Assembly (NCBI GenBank): GCA_965223505.1
Contig: CBDCWP010000013.1
Span: forward strand, 1-64,000
Reading direction: 5' to 3'
Origin: Planctomycetota bacterium
GTDB taxonomy: Bacteria; Planctomycetota; PLA2; JAEUHO01
Length of the DNA stretch: 64,000 nucleotides
Shown here: positions 39,259 through 47,994 of the stretch, piece after piece
Layout: each line of letters starts with the position of its first letter
How positions within the stretch are numbered: the first letter of the stretch is position 1
The notes under the pieces: generated by a model
What the model was told of the DNA's origin: nothing
The model's database searches: none
The model's input: only the letters and a program-made list of their open reading frames with translations
Position numbers and translations under genes: made by a program

Positions 39259-40665
39259 ATGAGCGCCGACCACGAGAGCGACCTTCCCCGTGTGCTGATC
39301 GCGCTGCCGGAAGGTCCGACGCGCGACCGACTCATCGCATTGCTCCGCGAGCGTGACGTCGAGATCGAGGCCACTCCCGACGACCCGCGTGAGGGGCTTG
39401 GCGCCTCCAGCGCCGACTTGGTGGTCGTCCGGAGAGAGGACCTGACCGCGGACGATCATCGCCGGCTCGACGTCCTGGCCCGCGACGAGAGCGCGCCGGA
39501 CGTCGTCGTGGTTGGTGGCGACATGGACGACAGCGCGAAGGTGGACTTGGTGGCGGCTGGCGCAACGGACGTCTTCGACGCCACCGAACTGGACGTACGA
39601 GCGGCCGACAGTCTCGAGGTCATGGCCGGTGGTTCCGGTGGCCACGCGACGCCGGAAGGCGCACAGCCGTCGTTGAGCGACTTCGCTTCGCGCAGCAAGT
39701 CGATGCATGCGCTCATCGAGCTCGTACAACGCGTCGCGCCGACGGATTCGACCCTGCTGATCGGGGGGGAAACGGGTGTCGGGAAGGAGCATCTCGCGCG
39801 CGCGATTCACACCGAGAGTCTGCGCCGTCGCGGACCCTTCGTCGCCGTGAACTGCGGCGCGCTGCCGGAGCAGCTTTTGGAGAGTGAGCTCTTCGGTCAC
39901 GCGACCGGCGCCTTCACGGGGGCGAGTGGGCCTCGCAAGGGGCTGTTTCAAGCAGCCGACAAGGGTACGTTGCTCCTCGACGAGATCGGGGAGATGGCGC
40001 TTCATCTACAGATCAAGCTGTTGCGCGTGCTGCAGCGCGGAGAGATTCGCGCCGTCGGGTCGGACGAGAGCGCACGCGTGGACGTGCGTGTGATCGCGGC
40101 GACGAACCGCGATTTGCGCCGGCAGGTCGAGAAAGGCACGTTCCGAGAGGACCTGTTCTTCCGGCTCAATGTGGTCGAGCTCGTCGTTCCGCCCTTGCGT
40201 GACCGAACGGAGGACCTGCCCGCACTGATCGGATCGCTCATTCGTCACTGCCGATCGCAGACCGGACGAACGGAGATCGAGAGCATCGACGATGAGGCGC
40301 TGGGCGCACTCGTTCAGTACGCGTGGCCAGGCAATGTGCGTGAGCTGATCCACGTTCTGGAGCGCGCGATGCTCGTCTGCCGGGGCGATGTCATCACCGT
40401 CGCGGACTTGCCGGCGCAGGTGCTCGACGACGAGGGGCGATCCGTCGGCGGGTCGCTCGGAACGTTGCCGGACGAACTGCTCGAGCTCGAATGGCGCGAA
40501 GTGCGTCGCCGCGTCCTCGAAGCGGCAGAGCGCACGTACCTCGAAGCCGCTCTACGCCGTTGCCAAGGTGTCATCGGCGCAACCGCGAATCACGCGGGCC
40601 TCTCTTCGCGCAGTCTCTACGACAAGATGAAGGCGCACGGCTTGCGGAAAGAGGACTTCGCGTAG
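39259..40665 (+). CDS. Sigma54-dependent Fis-family activator with a degenerate receiver domain
   Basis: GETGVGKE, ESELFGH, GAFTGA, LDEIGEM, FREDLFFRL, WPGNVREL, C-terminal HTH. Confidence 0.93.
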   Translation: MSADHESDLPRVLIALPEGPTRDRLIALLRERDVEIEATPDDPREGLGASSADLVVVRREDLTADDHRRLDVLARDESAPDVVVVGGDMDDSAKVDLVAAGATDVFDATELDVRAADSLEVMAGGSGGHATPEGAQPSLSDFASRSKSMHALIELVQRVAPTDSTLLIGGETGVGKEHLARAIHTESLRRRGPFVAVNCGALPEQLLESELFGHATGAFTGASGPRKGLFQAADKGTLLLDEIGEMALHLQIKLLRVLQRGEIRAVGSDESARVDVRVIAATNRDLRRQVEKGTFREDLFFRLNVVELVVPPLRDRTEDLPALIGSLIRHCRSQTGRTEIESIDDEALGALVQYAWPGNVRELIHVLERAMLVCRGDVITVADLPAQVLDDEGRSVGGSLGTLPDELLELEWREVRRRVLEAAERTYLEAALRRCQGVIGATANHAGLSSRSLYDKMKAHGLRKEDFA

Positions 40666-40676
40666 CCGTCTCGGAC

Positions 40677-41078
40677 CTACTCCGACGGGTCCATCGGTGT
40701 AAGCGACCGATCGCGCCTGGCCGCGACGAGCAACGACACCAGCGCGAGACCACCCATGGACATCAGCGCCAGCCCCCAGGAAGCGCCGGCAACGACCAGC
40801 AGCACGAGCAGCGCCACGTAGGTGATGAACAAAAAGGCGAGCTTCCAAAGCTGCGGCGGACGCGCGTCGAGGACCGGGTCTTGATCGTCGAGGGCGCGCT
40901 CGACCTCGCGACGGGCCGTCGCGATCTCGCGCAAGTGGCTTCGGGGGCGACGGCCGGGCACAGTGCGGCGCAGCGCCATCCGCGCCCGTGCCGAATATTC
41001 CCAGTCACGCAGCAAAGTCATGCGCTCGGGCAACGACAGCTGCGGATCGGTCGCCAGTTCACGCGGCGAATCGTACAG
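40677..41078 (-). CDS. Small membrane protein, paralog of 42652-43122 (start uncertain)
   Basis: YDSPRELATDPQLSLPERMTLLRDWEYSAR plus 2 TM helices; first canonical start (TTG 41033) lies inside the shared motif. Confidence 0.55.
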   Translation of the reverse strand: MYDSPRELATDPQLSLPERMTLLRDWEYSARARMALRRTVPGRRPRSHLREIATARREVERALDDQDPVLDARPPQLWKLAFLFITYVALLVLLVVAGASWGLALMSMGGLALVSLLVAARRDRSLTPMDPSE

Positions 41079-41138
41079 CCACCTTGCCGCCGAAGAACGC
41101 CGCCGCGGGGCGGTTCGGCTGTTGCGGGTGTCCTCGCG

Positions 41139-42053
41139 CTAACCGGCCTCCGTGGCGTCCTGGAACGTGCTCCAAGGCGCATCGTCGGGGTCATCGTGCT
41201 CGCGATACCAGTCAGCGAATGCCTTCATTGTCTCGAGTGCTTCTCCCTGCGCGTTCTTCGGTTGCCCGCTCAGGTGTTGCATCAATCGGATCACATCGGA
41301 CCCGACTGCTTCCCAGAATCGTCGAGCCGCAAGTGCGCTCACGTCCGTGGTGCTGATGTTCGCCAACGACTCCATCGCGACGTAGCGCTTCAGCATCTCA
41401 TCGACGAGGGCGTGTCGCTGCGTCCCTGTTAGATTGCGAAATGCACCGAGCGCGTGCAACGCGACCCGCAGCCGCGCGATGTCCGCGGGCTGTTGCTTTG
41501 CCCGAACGTACGTCTCGCGGATCCACTCCACGCTTCGAGGTTCCCCGAGCTCCGCGAGGGCCAGGAACGCCGCACCGTAAACGTCGGCGTCGACTTCGTG
41601 ACGCATGCGCTCGAAGCGACGGATCTTGTGAATGATCCGACGAGACAGGCGCCGGCGGCCCGCGTCGTCCAGGAACGACACGGTGCGTCTCAGGAGGCGG
41701 CCGGCACGCAGGTTCACGGGCTCGCGGCGGTTGTTTCCTTCGCGGTCGAGCGCGACCTCGTCGATAGCATCGAGCAACACGTCGAGAACGTCCTGTCGGT
41801 AGCGCTCGAGCGATTGGGCGTACGCCAATTGGGCCTCGTCCGCATCGCCCTTCGCTGAAAAGTCGAGCGCCACGGCCGCGTCCACAACGGCGTCCAGTGT
41901 CGTCACGATGAGTTCGTTGGAAGTGCCGTCGTGACCGAGCAGGTCTTCGACGACCTCGAGGTCGTTCCACGCTTTCGCGAGCTTCTCTTCGCGGGTGATC
42001 TCGCCGACGGCGGACCCGGACGCGAACGCCAGGATCGTGACGGTCGCAGCCAC
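41139..42053 (-). CDS. Secreted helical (HEAT-like) hypothetical protein
   Basis: Hydrophobic N-terminus; FLALAELGEPRSVEWI repeat-like helices. Confidence 0.6.
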   Translation of the reverse strand: MAATVTILAFASGSAVGEITREEKLAKAWNDLEVVEDLLGHDGTSNELIVTTLDAVVDAAVALDFSAKGDADEAQLAYAQSLERYRQDVLDVLLDAIDEVALDREGNNRREPVNLRAGRLLRRTVSFLDDAGRRRLSRRIIHKIRRFERMRHEVDADVYGAAFLALAELGEPRSVEWIRETYVRAKQQPADIARLRVALHALGAFRNLTGTQRHALVDEMLKRYVAMESLANISTTDVSALAARRFWEAVGSDVIRLMQHLSGQPKNAQGEALETMKAFADWYREHDDPDDAPWSTFQDATEAG

Positions 42054-42072
42054 GCGTAGGCTGAAACTGCCC

Positions 42073-42420
42073 TCAGGATCGCTCCGCGGCGAGGGCCGAC
42101 TCGACGGGCTGGCCCGCTTCGGCCCACGCCTGCAAGCCGCCTTCATAGCGGTACACGGCGCGCAGGCCGGCCATGTGCAGCTGCTGGGCGGCCCGCTTGG
42201 ACAGGTCGCACGTGACATCGGAACAGTAGACGACGACGGGCGCTCCCTTGCTGTCCACCGCGGCCGTCACCCGTTCGGCGAAGTTACCGGACTCCAGAGG
42301 AATGTTGATCGCCCCAGGAATGTGGGCTTTGGCGTGCACGTCCTCCGGCAACACATCGATAAGGGTGAATGCGCTGCCCTCGAGGGCCTTGGCGAGATGG
42401 GGGGTGCTGATGGTGTACAT
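42073..42420 (-). CDS. Rhodanese-like protein
   Basis: LIDVLP, AHIPGAINIP, VVYCSDVTCDLS, YEGGLQAW. Confidence 0.9.
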   Translation of the reverse strand: MYTISTPHLAKALEGSAFTLIDVLPEDVHAKAHIPGAINIPLESGNFAERVTAAVDSKGAPVVVYCSDVTCDLSKRAAQQLHMAGLRAVYRYEGGLQAWAEAGQPVESALAAERS

Positions 42421-42651
42421 CGGTCGATGTCCTTTCGTTCGTCGAGCCACTCGGTCGCGAATGACGTGCCGAGTTCGCTCCTCGACTCGCGCCCTGCACG
42501 GGGCGTCATCGAGGTCGGATCGGAGCCTGGGCCTCGGTGAAGCGGAAGTCTCGGCTCCGACGCGAGGTGGGTCCACTGCCGATAGAAGACACAGCGGCAT
42601 CCGGAGGGCCGAACGGATCTTCGGCACGCAGTTCGCGCACAGGCGACGGAG

Positions 42652-43122
42652 ATGATCACGAAGCACCTCCATCCAGAATCGCCCGCCCCCGAACTCGAGA
42701 GGTCGCCGCGCGACCTCGCGCTCGATGCGTCCCTGAGCCGGAAGGAACGACGTCGTCGGCTTCGCCGATGGAAGCACGCCGCCCGGCAAGAGGATGTCGC
42801 GACGGATGAAGGCATGCCCGGCGGCGCGCCGACGCGGCTCAAGGAAATCAACGACGCGCTCGACGCGCTCGGGGATCGTGAAGACGTGAAGCAAGGGCGC
42901 CACTCTCCGCCCATGAAGGACCGGCGAACGCTGGCTCCCTTCACGCCGCTCTTCTGGTCGGCGTTCTCGATCTTCGCACTCTCCGCACTGGCGGGTTATC
43001 TCGTCATGCGCAGCGAGTGGGATCCTGTGCTGCAGGTGACGGTCCTCGTGCTCGTCGCCTTCCCGGGTCTGATCGCCGCGGGTGTCGTTGCGCTCATGCT
43101 GACCGGGGGCAGGCGGCCATGA
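42652..43122 (+). CDS. Small hypothetical membrane protein
   Basis: SPRDLALDASLSRKERRRRLRRWKHAAR...EGMPGG plus 2 TM helices. Confidence 0.6.
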   Translation: MITKHLHPESPAPELERSPRDLALDASLSRKERRRRLRRWKHAARQEDVATDEGMPGGAPTRLKEINDALDALGDREDVKQGRHSPPMKDRRTLAPFTPLFWSAFSIFALSALAGYLVMRSEWDPVLQVTVLVLVAFPGLIAAGVVALMLTGGRRP

Positions 43123-43319
43123 CGCGCGACGAGGATCGCAAGCCCGAAACGGTGCAACAGCACGACGTTCGCAAGATCGTGCAGCCGCCCGCGCTGAATC
43201 CGCGCAACCGTTGCAGGGAGTGTGGTGGAGGGATGACCGTCGAAGTACCGGCGCCTGAAGGCGGCACCCTTCAAATCCCGTGTCCGCGCTGCGCGCCGAA
43301 CGACGCGCCCGGCGGCTAG
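43119..43319 (+). CDS. Small zinc-ribbon protein
   Basis: CREC...CPRC; ATGA coupled to the upstream gene. Confidence 0.55.
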   Translation: MTRDEDRKPETVQQHDVRKIVQPPALNPRNRCRECGGGMTVEVPAPEGGTLQIPCPRCAPNDAPGG

Positions 43320-43322
43320 GGA

Positions 43323-43658
43323 CTAGCGCTCGTCGCAGCAGTGTCCCAGTCCCGCATCGCGCCACGCTTCGAGGCCGTCCGGGTACTCGGCGACGGCTTG
43401 AAAACCCGCCGACTCGAGCCGGTCGGCAGCTCGCCGCGCCGCATCGCAGTCTGCCCCGGCGCAGTAGATCACAATGGGTGTGCGCTTGTCTCCGCAGAGC
43501 TCATTGACCCGGTCGACGAAGTCCCTGCGCGACAGCGCGACGTTGATGGAACCGGGGATGTGACTTCGCGCGTGCTCGGACTCGGGGAGCACGCTGAGCA
43601 GCACAGGCCCACGGCCGTGCGCGATTGAGACGGCAAGCGCGCGTGTATCGACGATCAT
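43323..43658 (-). CDS. Rhodanese-like protein (second copy)
   Basis: SHIPGSINV, VIYCAGADCDAA, YPDGLEAW; GGAGG RBS. Confidence 0.88.
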   Translation of the reverse strand: MIVDTRALAVSIAHGRGPVLLSVLPESEHARSHIPGSINVALSRRDFVDRVNELCGDKRTPIVIYCAGADCDAARRAADRLESAGFQAVAEYPDGLEAWRDAGLGHCCDER

Positions 43659-43847
43659 GACGACCTCCGCCTGCGTCGCCGCGAACGGCGTGCCGGACGC
43701 GTCGCTCGCCCCGAACGCCCATCCGGCCCGCGAGTCCGGATCGATCGGAATCCCTCTCCTCTGTCGCCGGAGGCTCTGGTTCCGGACTCGGAAGCGGAGA
43801 TCGAGCGGTCGTCTGCCATAATTGGAGCGCAACGAGAGGGGGCAGGC

Positions 43848-44255
43848 GTGATCGCGAACTTGATTCAGCTCGGGTTGGCGTACGTGCTGGCGCTGCCGAT
43901 GGCGATCGAGCGCGAAAAGCACACCCGCTCCGCGGGCCTTCGTACGTTTCCCCTCGTGAGCATCGCGTGCTGCGGCTTCGTGCTGACCGGCCGCTCGGCG
44001 TTCGGCGACGGCGACGCGATATCGCGCGTGCTCTACGGCCTCATGACGGGCATCGGCTTCATCGGCGGTGGCGCGATCCTCAAGCATGACGGAGGCAACG
44101 TGCGCGGCATGGCCACGGCCGCGTCCATCTGGGCGACCGGCGGCATCGGCGCTGCCGTCGGGTTCGAGAGCTACGACGTCGCGATTGCGCTCAGCGCGGT
44201 CACGGCGGCGACGCTGTTCTTCACGCCGGCGATGAAGGAGAAGCTCGAGGAGTAG
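43848..44255 (+). CDS. MgtC/SapB family membrane protein
   Basis: ERE...AGLRTFPLV, GIGFIGGGAIL, GMATAASIW. Confidence 0.92.
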   Translation: MIANLIQLGLAYVLALPMAIEREKHTRSAGLRTFPLVSIACCGFVLTGRSAFGDGDAISRVLYGLMTGIGFIGGGAILKHDGGNVRGMATAASIWATGGIGAAVGFESYDVAIALSAVTAATLFFTPAMKEKLEE

Positions 44256-44256
44256 G

Positions 44257-45039
44257 TCAGCCGTCCATCTCGACGCCGAGCAGATCGACGTCGACGGCAT
44301 TGAAGAGCTCCGTCTGCTCCGGACGCAGGTAGTCCGCCGTCTTCTTGCGGAACGCCGTCGTCATCTCGACCAGGCGCTGGAGATAGGTCTGCTCCGTGCC
44401 GGGCACCTTCAGCGTGAACAGCTCGATGAACACCTTCGCGCGGCGCGGATCGCCTTCGGCGTACTCCTCGGCCTCGGCGATGCGCTCGAGCGGCACGATG
44501 CCGTCGTCGCGTTCCTCCGAGATGATCGCGAGGAAGTCCTCCTTCAGCGCCTGCAGGTCCTTCCGGAACTCGTCCTCCTGCGTCGCGTCGAGCTTCAAGG
44601 CCTCGGCGAGCTGCGAGAAGCCGGGCTTCTTCGGTAGGTTGGGGGAACCGCGCAACCCGAGCTTCGTCCGGAACCGAACGTCGCCCGCCATGTCGAGCAC
44701 GATGTCGCGCACGGCCTCGTCGAACGCCGGCGACTGCGCGTCCCCGGCGACAACGCCGTCGGCCGGCTGCTTCGCCGCCGCGGCGATGCGCGCATCGGTG
44801 TCCTTCAGACGGTCGGTGAGCTGCGTCACGTCCGTGCGCAACGCCTCGATCTCGCGCTTCGCGTCGCTCGCGCCCAGACCGGGCACGGCCTCGCCGTCTG
44901 CGCCCTGTTCCACGGCGCCCGTGAGCTGCCGGAGCTCGTCGAGCCGGTCCTCGAGGGACCGGTTCTTGGCGTAGAGCCCGACCGTCGCGATGCCGAGCCC
45001 CAAGACGGCGACGGCCCCCAACACGGTTTGCATCGACAT
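44257..45039 (-). CDS. Membrane-anchored hypothetical protein
   Basis: N-terminal TM helix, coiled coil, GGAGG RBS. Confidence 0.7.
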   Translation of the reverse strand: MSMQTVLGAVAVLGLGIATVGLYAKNRSLEDRLDELRQLTGAVEQGADGEAVPGLGASDAKREIEALRTDVTQLTDRLKDTDARIAAAAKQPADGVVAGDAQSPAFDEAVRDIVLDMAGDVRFRTKLGLRGSPNLPKKPGFSQLAEALKLDATQEDEFRKDLQALKEDFLAIISEERDDGIVPLERIAEAEEYAEGDPRRAKVFIELFTLKVPGTEQTYLQRLVEMTTAFRKKTADYLRPEQTELFNAVDVDLLGVEMDG

Positions 45040-45097
45040 GGCGAACCTCCAGTTCGCCCGACCATACCGAACGAAACCGTGCCGGTTTCGCGGCCCG

Positions 45098-45973
45098 CTA
45101 CGAAAGGCCTTCGATCTGGATCAAGGGCGAAGCGGGTTTCTCCATGGCGTGCAGCTTCTCGACCTGGGCCGAGAGCGCCGCGCCGACGGCCGTGAACGCC
45201 TCGCGCACCGCATCGGGGGTGCGCTCGTCCGTGAGCGCGGGCTTGCCTTCGTCGCCGCCGATCGCGACCGAAGCGTGGATCGGAATCCCGCCGAGGAAGT
45301 CGATGTTCTGCGCTCCGGCCCACGCCTGCGCGCCGTCGTGACCGAAGATGTCGTCGCGCTGACCGCACGAAGGGCACTCGTAGTACGACATGTTCTCGAC
45401 GAGGCCGAGCACGGGCACCTTGAGCTTGCGGAACATGGAGACGGCCTTGTAGACGTCGATCAGCGCGACGTCCTGCGGCGTCGAGACGACGACCGCCCCG
45501 GTGATCGGCACGCTCTGCGCCAGGCTGAGCGCCACGTCGCCGGTGCCGGGCGGGAGGTCGATGATGAGGTAGTCGAGCTCGCCCCATTGCACGTCGGAGA
45601 GGAACTGCCTGACGACCGAGTGCACGATCGGGCCGCGCACGATCATGGGGTTGTCGGGATCGAGCAGAAGTCCCATCGACATGAGCTTCAACCCGTACGC
45701 CTCGTTCGGCGAGATCGCGTTGGGCGCCGTGCCGCTCGGACGCGCGTCGTTGCCGAGCATCTTCGGAATCGACGGGCCGTAGACGTCCCCGTCCATGATG
45801 CCGACCTCGGCGCCGCGTTCCTTGAGCGCCAACGCGAGGTTCACGGCGATCGTGGACTTGCCGACGCCGCCCTTGCCCGCGCCGACGGCGATGACGTTCT
45901 TGACGCCGGGAATGGGGCTGCCCATGTCCATGGGGTTGCTGGGCGCGGTGCCCGGATTGGGTGCGTCGGCCAT
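45098..45973 (-). CDS. apbC: Mrp/NBP35 Fe-S carrier ATPase
   Basis: GKGGVGKST, DVYGPSIP, DLPPGTGD, ENMSYYECPSCG. Confidence 0.95.
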   Translation of the reverse strand: MADAPNPGTAPSNPMDMGSPIPGVKNVIAVGAGKGGVGKSTIAVNLALALKERGAEVGIMDGDVYGPSIPKMLGNDARPSGTAPNAISPNEAYGLKLMSMGLLLDPDNPMIVRGPIVHSVVRQFLSDVQWGELDYLIIDLPPGTGDVALSLAQSVPITGAVVVSTPQDVALIDVYKAVSMFRKLKVPVLGLVENMSYYECPSCGQRDDIFGHDGAQAWAGAQNIDFLGGIPIHASVAIGGDEGKPALTDERTPDAVREAFTAVGAALSAQVEKLHAMEKPASPLIQIEGLS

Positions 45974-46064
45974 CGGGAACTCCGAAATCGGTGGAATTCC
46001 CAAGATGGTAGCCGCGTCGGGCGCGGCCCCCGTACGGATGACGCAGCGTGACCCTTCCGTTCGA

Positions 46065-46739
46065 CTACGAAACGGCGGCCGGCTCGACCATCTCCAGCAC
46101 CTCGGCGACGCAGCGCTCGATGCCCGCCGCGACGTCCTTGATGCCGGGCCCGAGCATGTAGGCCGGCGTCGAGACGATGCGGTTCTCCGTGTCCACGACG
46201 AAGTCGTCCACGGGACAGTCCTGGTGCTTCGCGCCGCAGCCCTCGATGGCCGCGGCCGTGCCGGCGTCGTTGCCGATCGTGAGCGTCGGCCCCTTGTCGC
46301 CGAGCGCCGCCGCGATGACGCCGGGCGCGATGCAGATGGCGCCGATGGGCTTCTTCGCGGCGTACATCGCCTGCACGAGCGCGGCGACGTGGTAGTTCAC
46401 CTTCGCGTCCGCGCCCTTCGTCGCGAAGTCGGACAGGTTCATCGCCGCGCCGAAGCCGCCGGGCAGAATGAGCGCGTCCAGCTTGTCCACGCTGGCGTTC
46501 TGGATGTCGCTGATCTCGCCGCGCGCAATGCGGGCCGACTCGACCAGCACGTTGCGCTTCTCGTCGGTCTGCTCACCGGTGTGATGGTTGACCACGACCG
46601 TCTGATCGATGTCGGGGGCGAAACAGACTGCTTCGGCGCCGCCGCGATCGATCGCCAACAGCGTCAGCACACTCTCGTGAATCTCCGAACCGTCCTTGAA
46701 GCCGCATCCGCTCAGGATCACGCCGATCTTCGCACCCAT
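46065..46739 (-). CDS. elbB: ElbB-type glyoxalase (DJ-1/PfpI superfamily)
   Basis: LSGCGFKDGSEIHE, RNVLVESARIARG, PGGFGAA, ICIAP, STPAYM. Confidence 0.93.
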   Translation of the reverse strand: MGAKIGVILSGCGFKDGSEIHESVLTLLAIDRGGAEAVCFAPDIDQTVVVNHHTGEQTDEKRNVLVESARIARGEISDIQNASVDKLDALILPGGFGAAMNLSDFATKGADAKVNYHVAALVQAMYAAKKPIGAICIAPGVIAAALGDKGPTLTIGNDAGTAAAIEGCGAKHQDCPVDDFVVDTENRIVSTPAYMLGPGIKDVAAGIERCVAEVLEMVEPAAVS

Positions 46740-46806
46740 CGTTCGACCTCCGTGTTGGTTGAGATGGGTAGGGTACCCGCTTGCGCGGCGCGTGTGCAGG
46801 GGACGG

Positions 46807-47151
46807 CTAGGCGAGCTCGTTCGGCTTGGGGTGCGGGGCCATGAACACGAGCAGCCGCAGGTCGGCGGCCGCGTCGGCGGCGTTGGAGACGCCGTGGTCC
46901 TCGCCCGCGGGGCAGAACACGATCTGTCCGGGACCGACGGCGTAGCGCCCGTCGCCCGAGGCGACTTCGCCCTCGCCGGACAGCACGAAGTAGCACTTGT
47001 CCTCACCGGCGTGCGTGTGTACGGCCTGGCTTTGGCCGGGACGCAGCACGTAGACGTCGGCGAAGAAACGCGGCGTCTCGAAGAGGTTGATCTTGGTCAT
47101 CTTCTCCGCACGGCCCTCGGTGAGGACGGATGTGTCGCGGAACCGTTCCAT
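46807..47151 (-). CDS. Cupin domain protein
   Basis: HTHAGEDKCYFVLSGEG, PAGEDHGVSN. Confidence 0.85.
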   Translation of the reverse strand: MERFRDTSVLTEGRAEKMTKINLFETPRFFADVYVLRPGQSQAVHTHAGEDKCYFVLSGEGEVASGDGRYAVGPGQIVFCPAGEDHGVSNAADAAADLRLLVFMAPHPKPNELA

Positions 47152-47192
47152 GTGCTTCTCCGGTGCTGTGCGGCCTCTCGTACACTGGACCC

Positions 47193-47855
47193 GTGTCCAG
47201 CCTCAAGACAGAGCCTGTCGTGATCCTTCTCGCCGCCGGATCGGGCGACCGTCTCGGCGAAGACAAGATGTTCGCCGACCTGGGCGGCAAGCCCCTGATC
47301 GAACGTACGCTGCGGCCCTATCGCAAGGCGGCGCAGGTGGGCGACATCATCATCGTGGTGCCGCCGGGCGCCTCCGAGCGGTTCGATCACCTGCGGAGCC
47401 CGGAGCGCCACCTGGTCGAGAACCCGGATCCGAGCCGCGGCATGATCTCGTCGATACGCGCGGGCCTGGAGTCGGGCTGGGCGGCGGAGCGCAACTTCAT
47501 GATCGCGCCCGCGGACGTGCCGTTCGTGAAGGTTGCGACGATCGACCGGCTCGTGAAGACGTTCATGACGCGCGACTGCAAGATCGTGATTCCCGCCTAC
47601 AAGGGGCTCGGCGGGCACCCGGCCGTGTTCGACCAGTCGCTGTACGGCGATTTCTTCGCGCACGGCGACAGCAGCGGCACGCGCGAGATCCTGATGCGCT
47701 ATCAGACCGATACGGTCCGGCTGAACATCCAGGATCCGGACATCTGCTACGACATCGACACCCCCAAGGACCTCGAGCTCGGCATGGACGAGGGCGTGCG
47801 CTGGGCCCGGGTCGAGCTCGAAGCCGACGAGAAGAAGCGGGCGCGCCTGCGGTAG
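47193..47855 (+). CDS. MocA/YgfJ-like nucleotidyltransferase
   Basis: LLAAGSGDRLGEDK, GMISSIRAG, ADVPFV, GHPAVF, DIDTPKD. Confidence 0.85.
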   Translation: MSSLKTEPVVILLAAGSGDRLGEDKMFADLGGKPLIERTLRPYRKAAQVGDIIIVVPPGASERFDHLRSPERHLVENPDPSRGMISSIRAGLESGWAAERNFMIAPADVPFVKVATIDRLVKTFMTRDCKIVIPAYKGLGGHPAVFDQSLYGDFFAHGDSSGTREILMRYQTDTVRLNIQDPDICYDIDTPKDLELGMDEGVRWARVELEADEKKRARLR

Positions 47856-47994
47856 GCAAGTCGCCCGGAGCGGAAGCCTGGACGGCGCGGGCCGTTGGTC
47901 GGACGTGACGAACGCACCGAAAGGTACGCAATCGACGAGCGACGCGACGGCGCCCCCGCGCCGAAGCCGCGCAGAGGTGGTACGCTCCCGCGCC

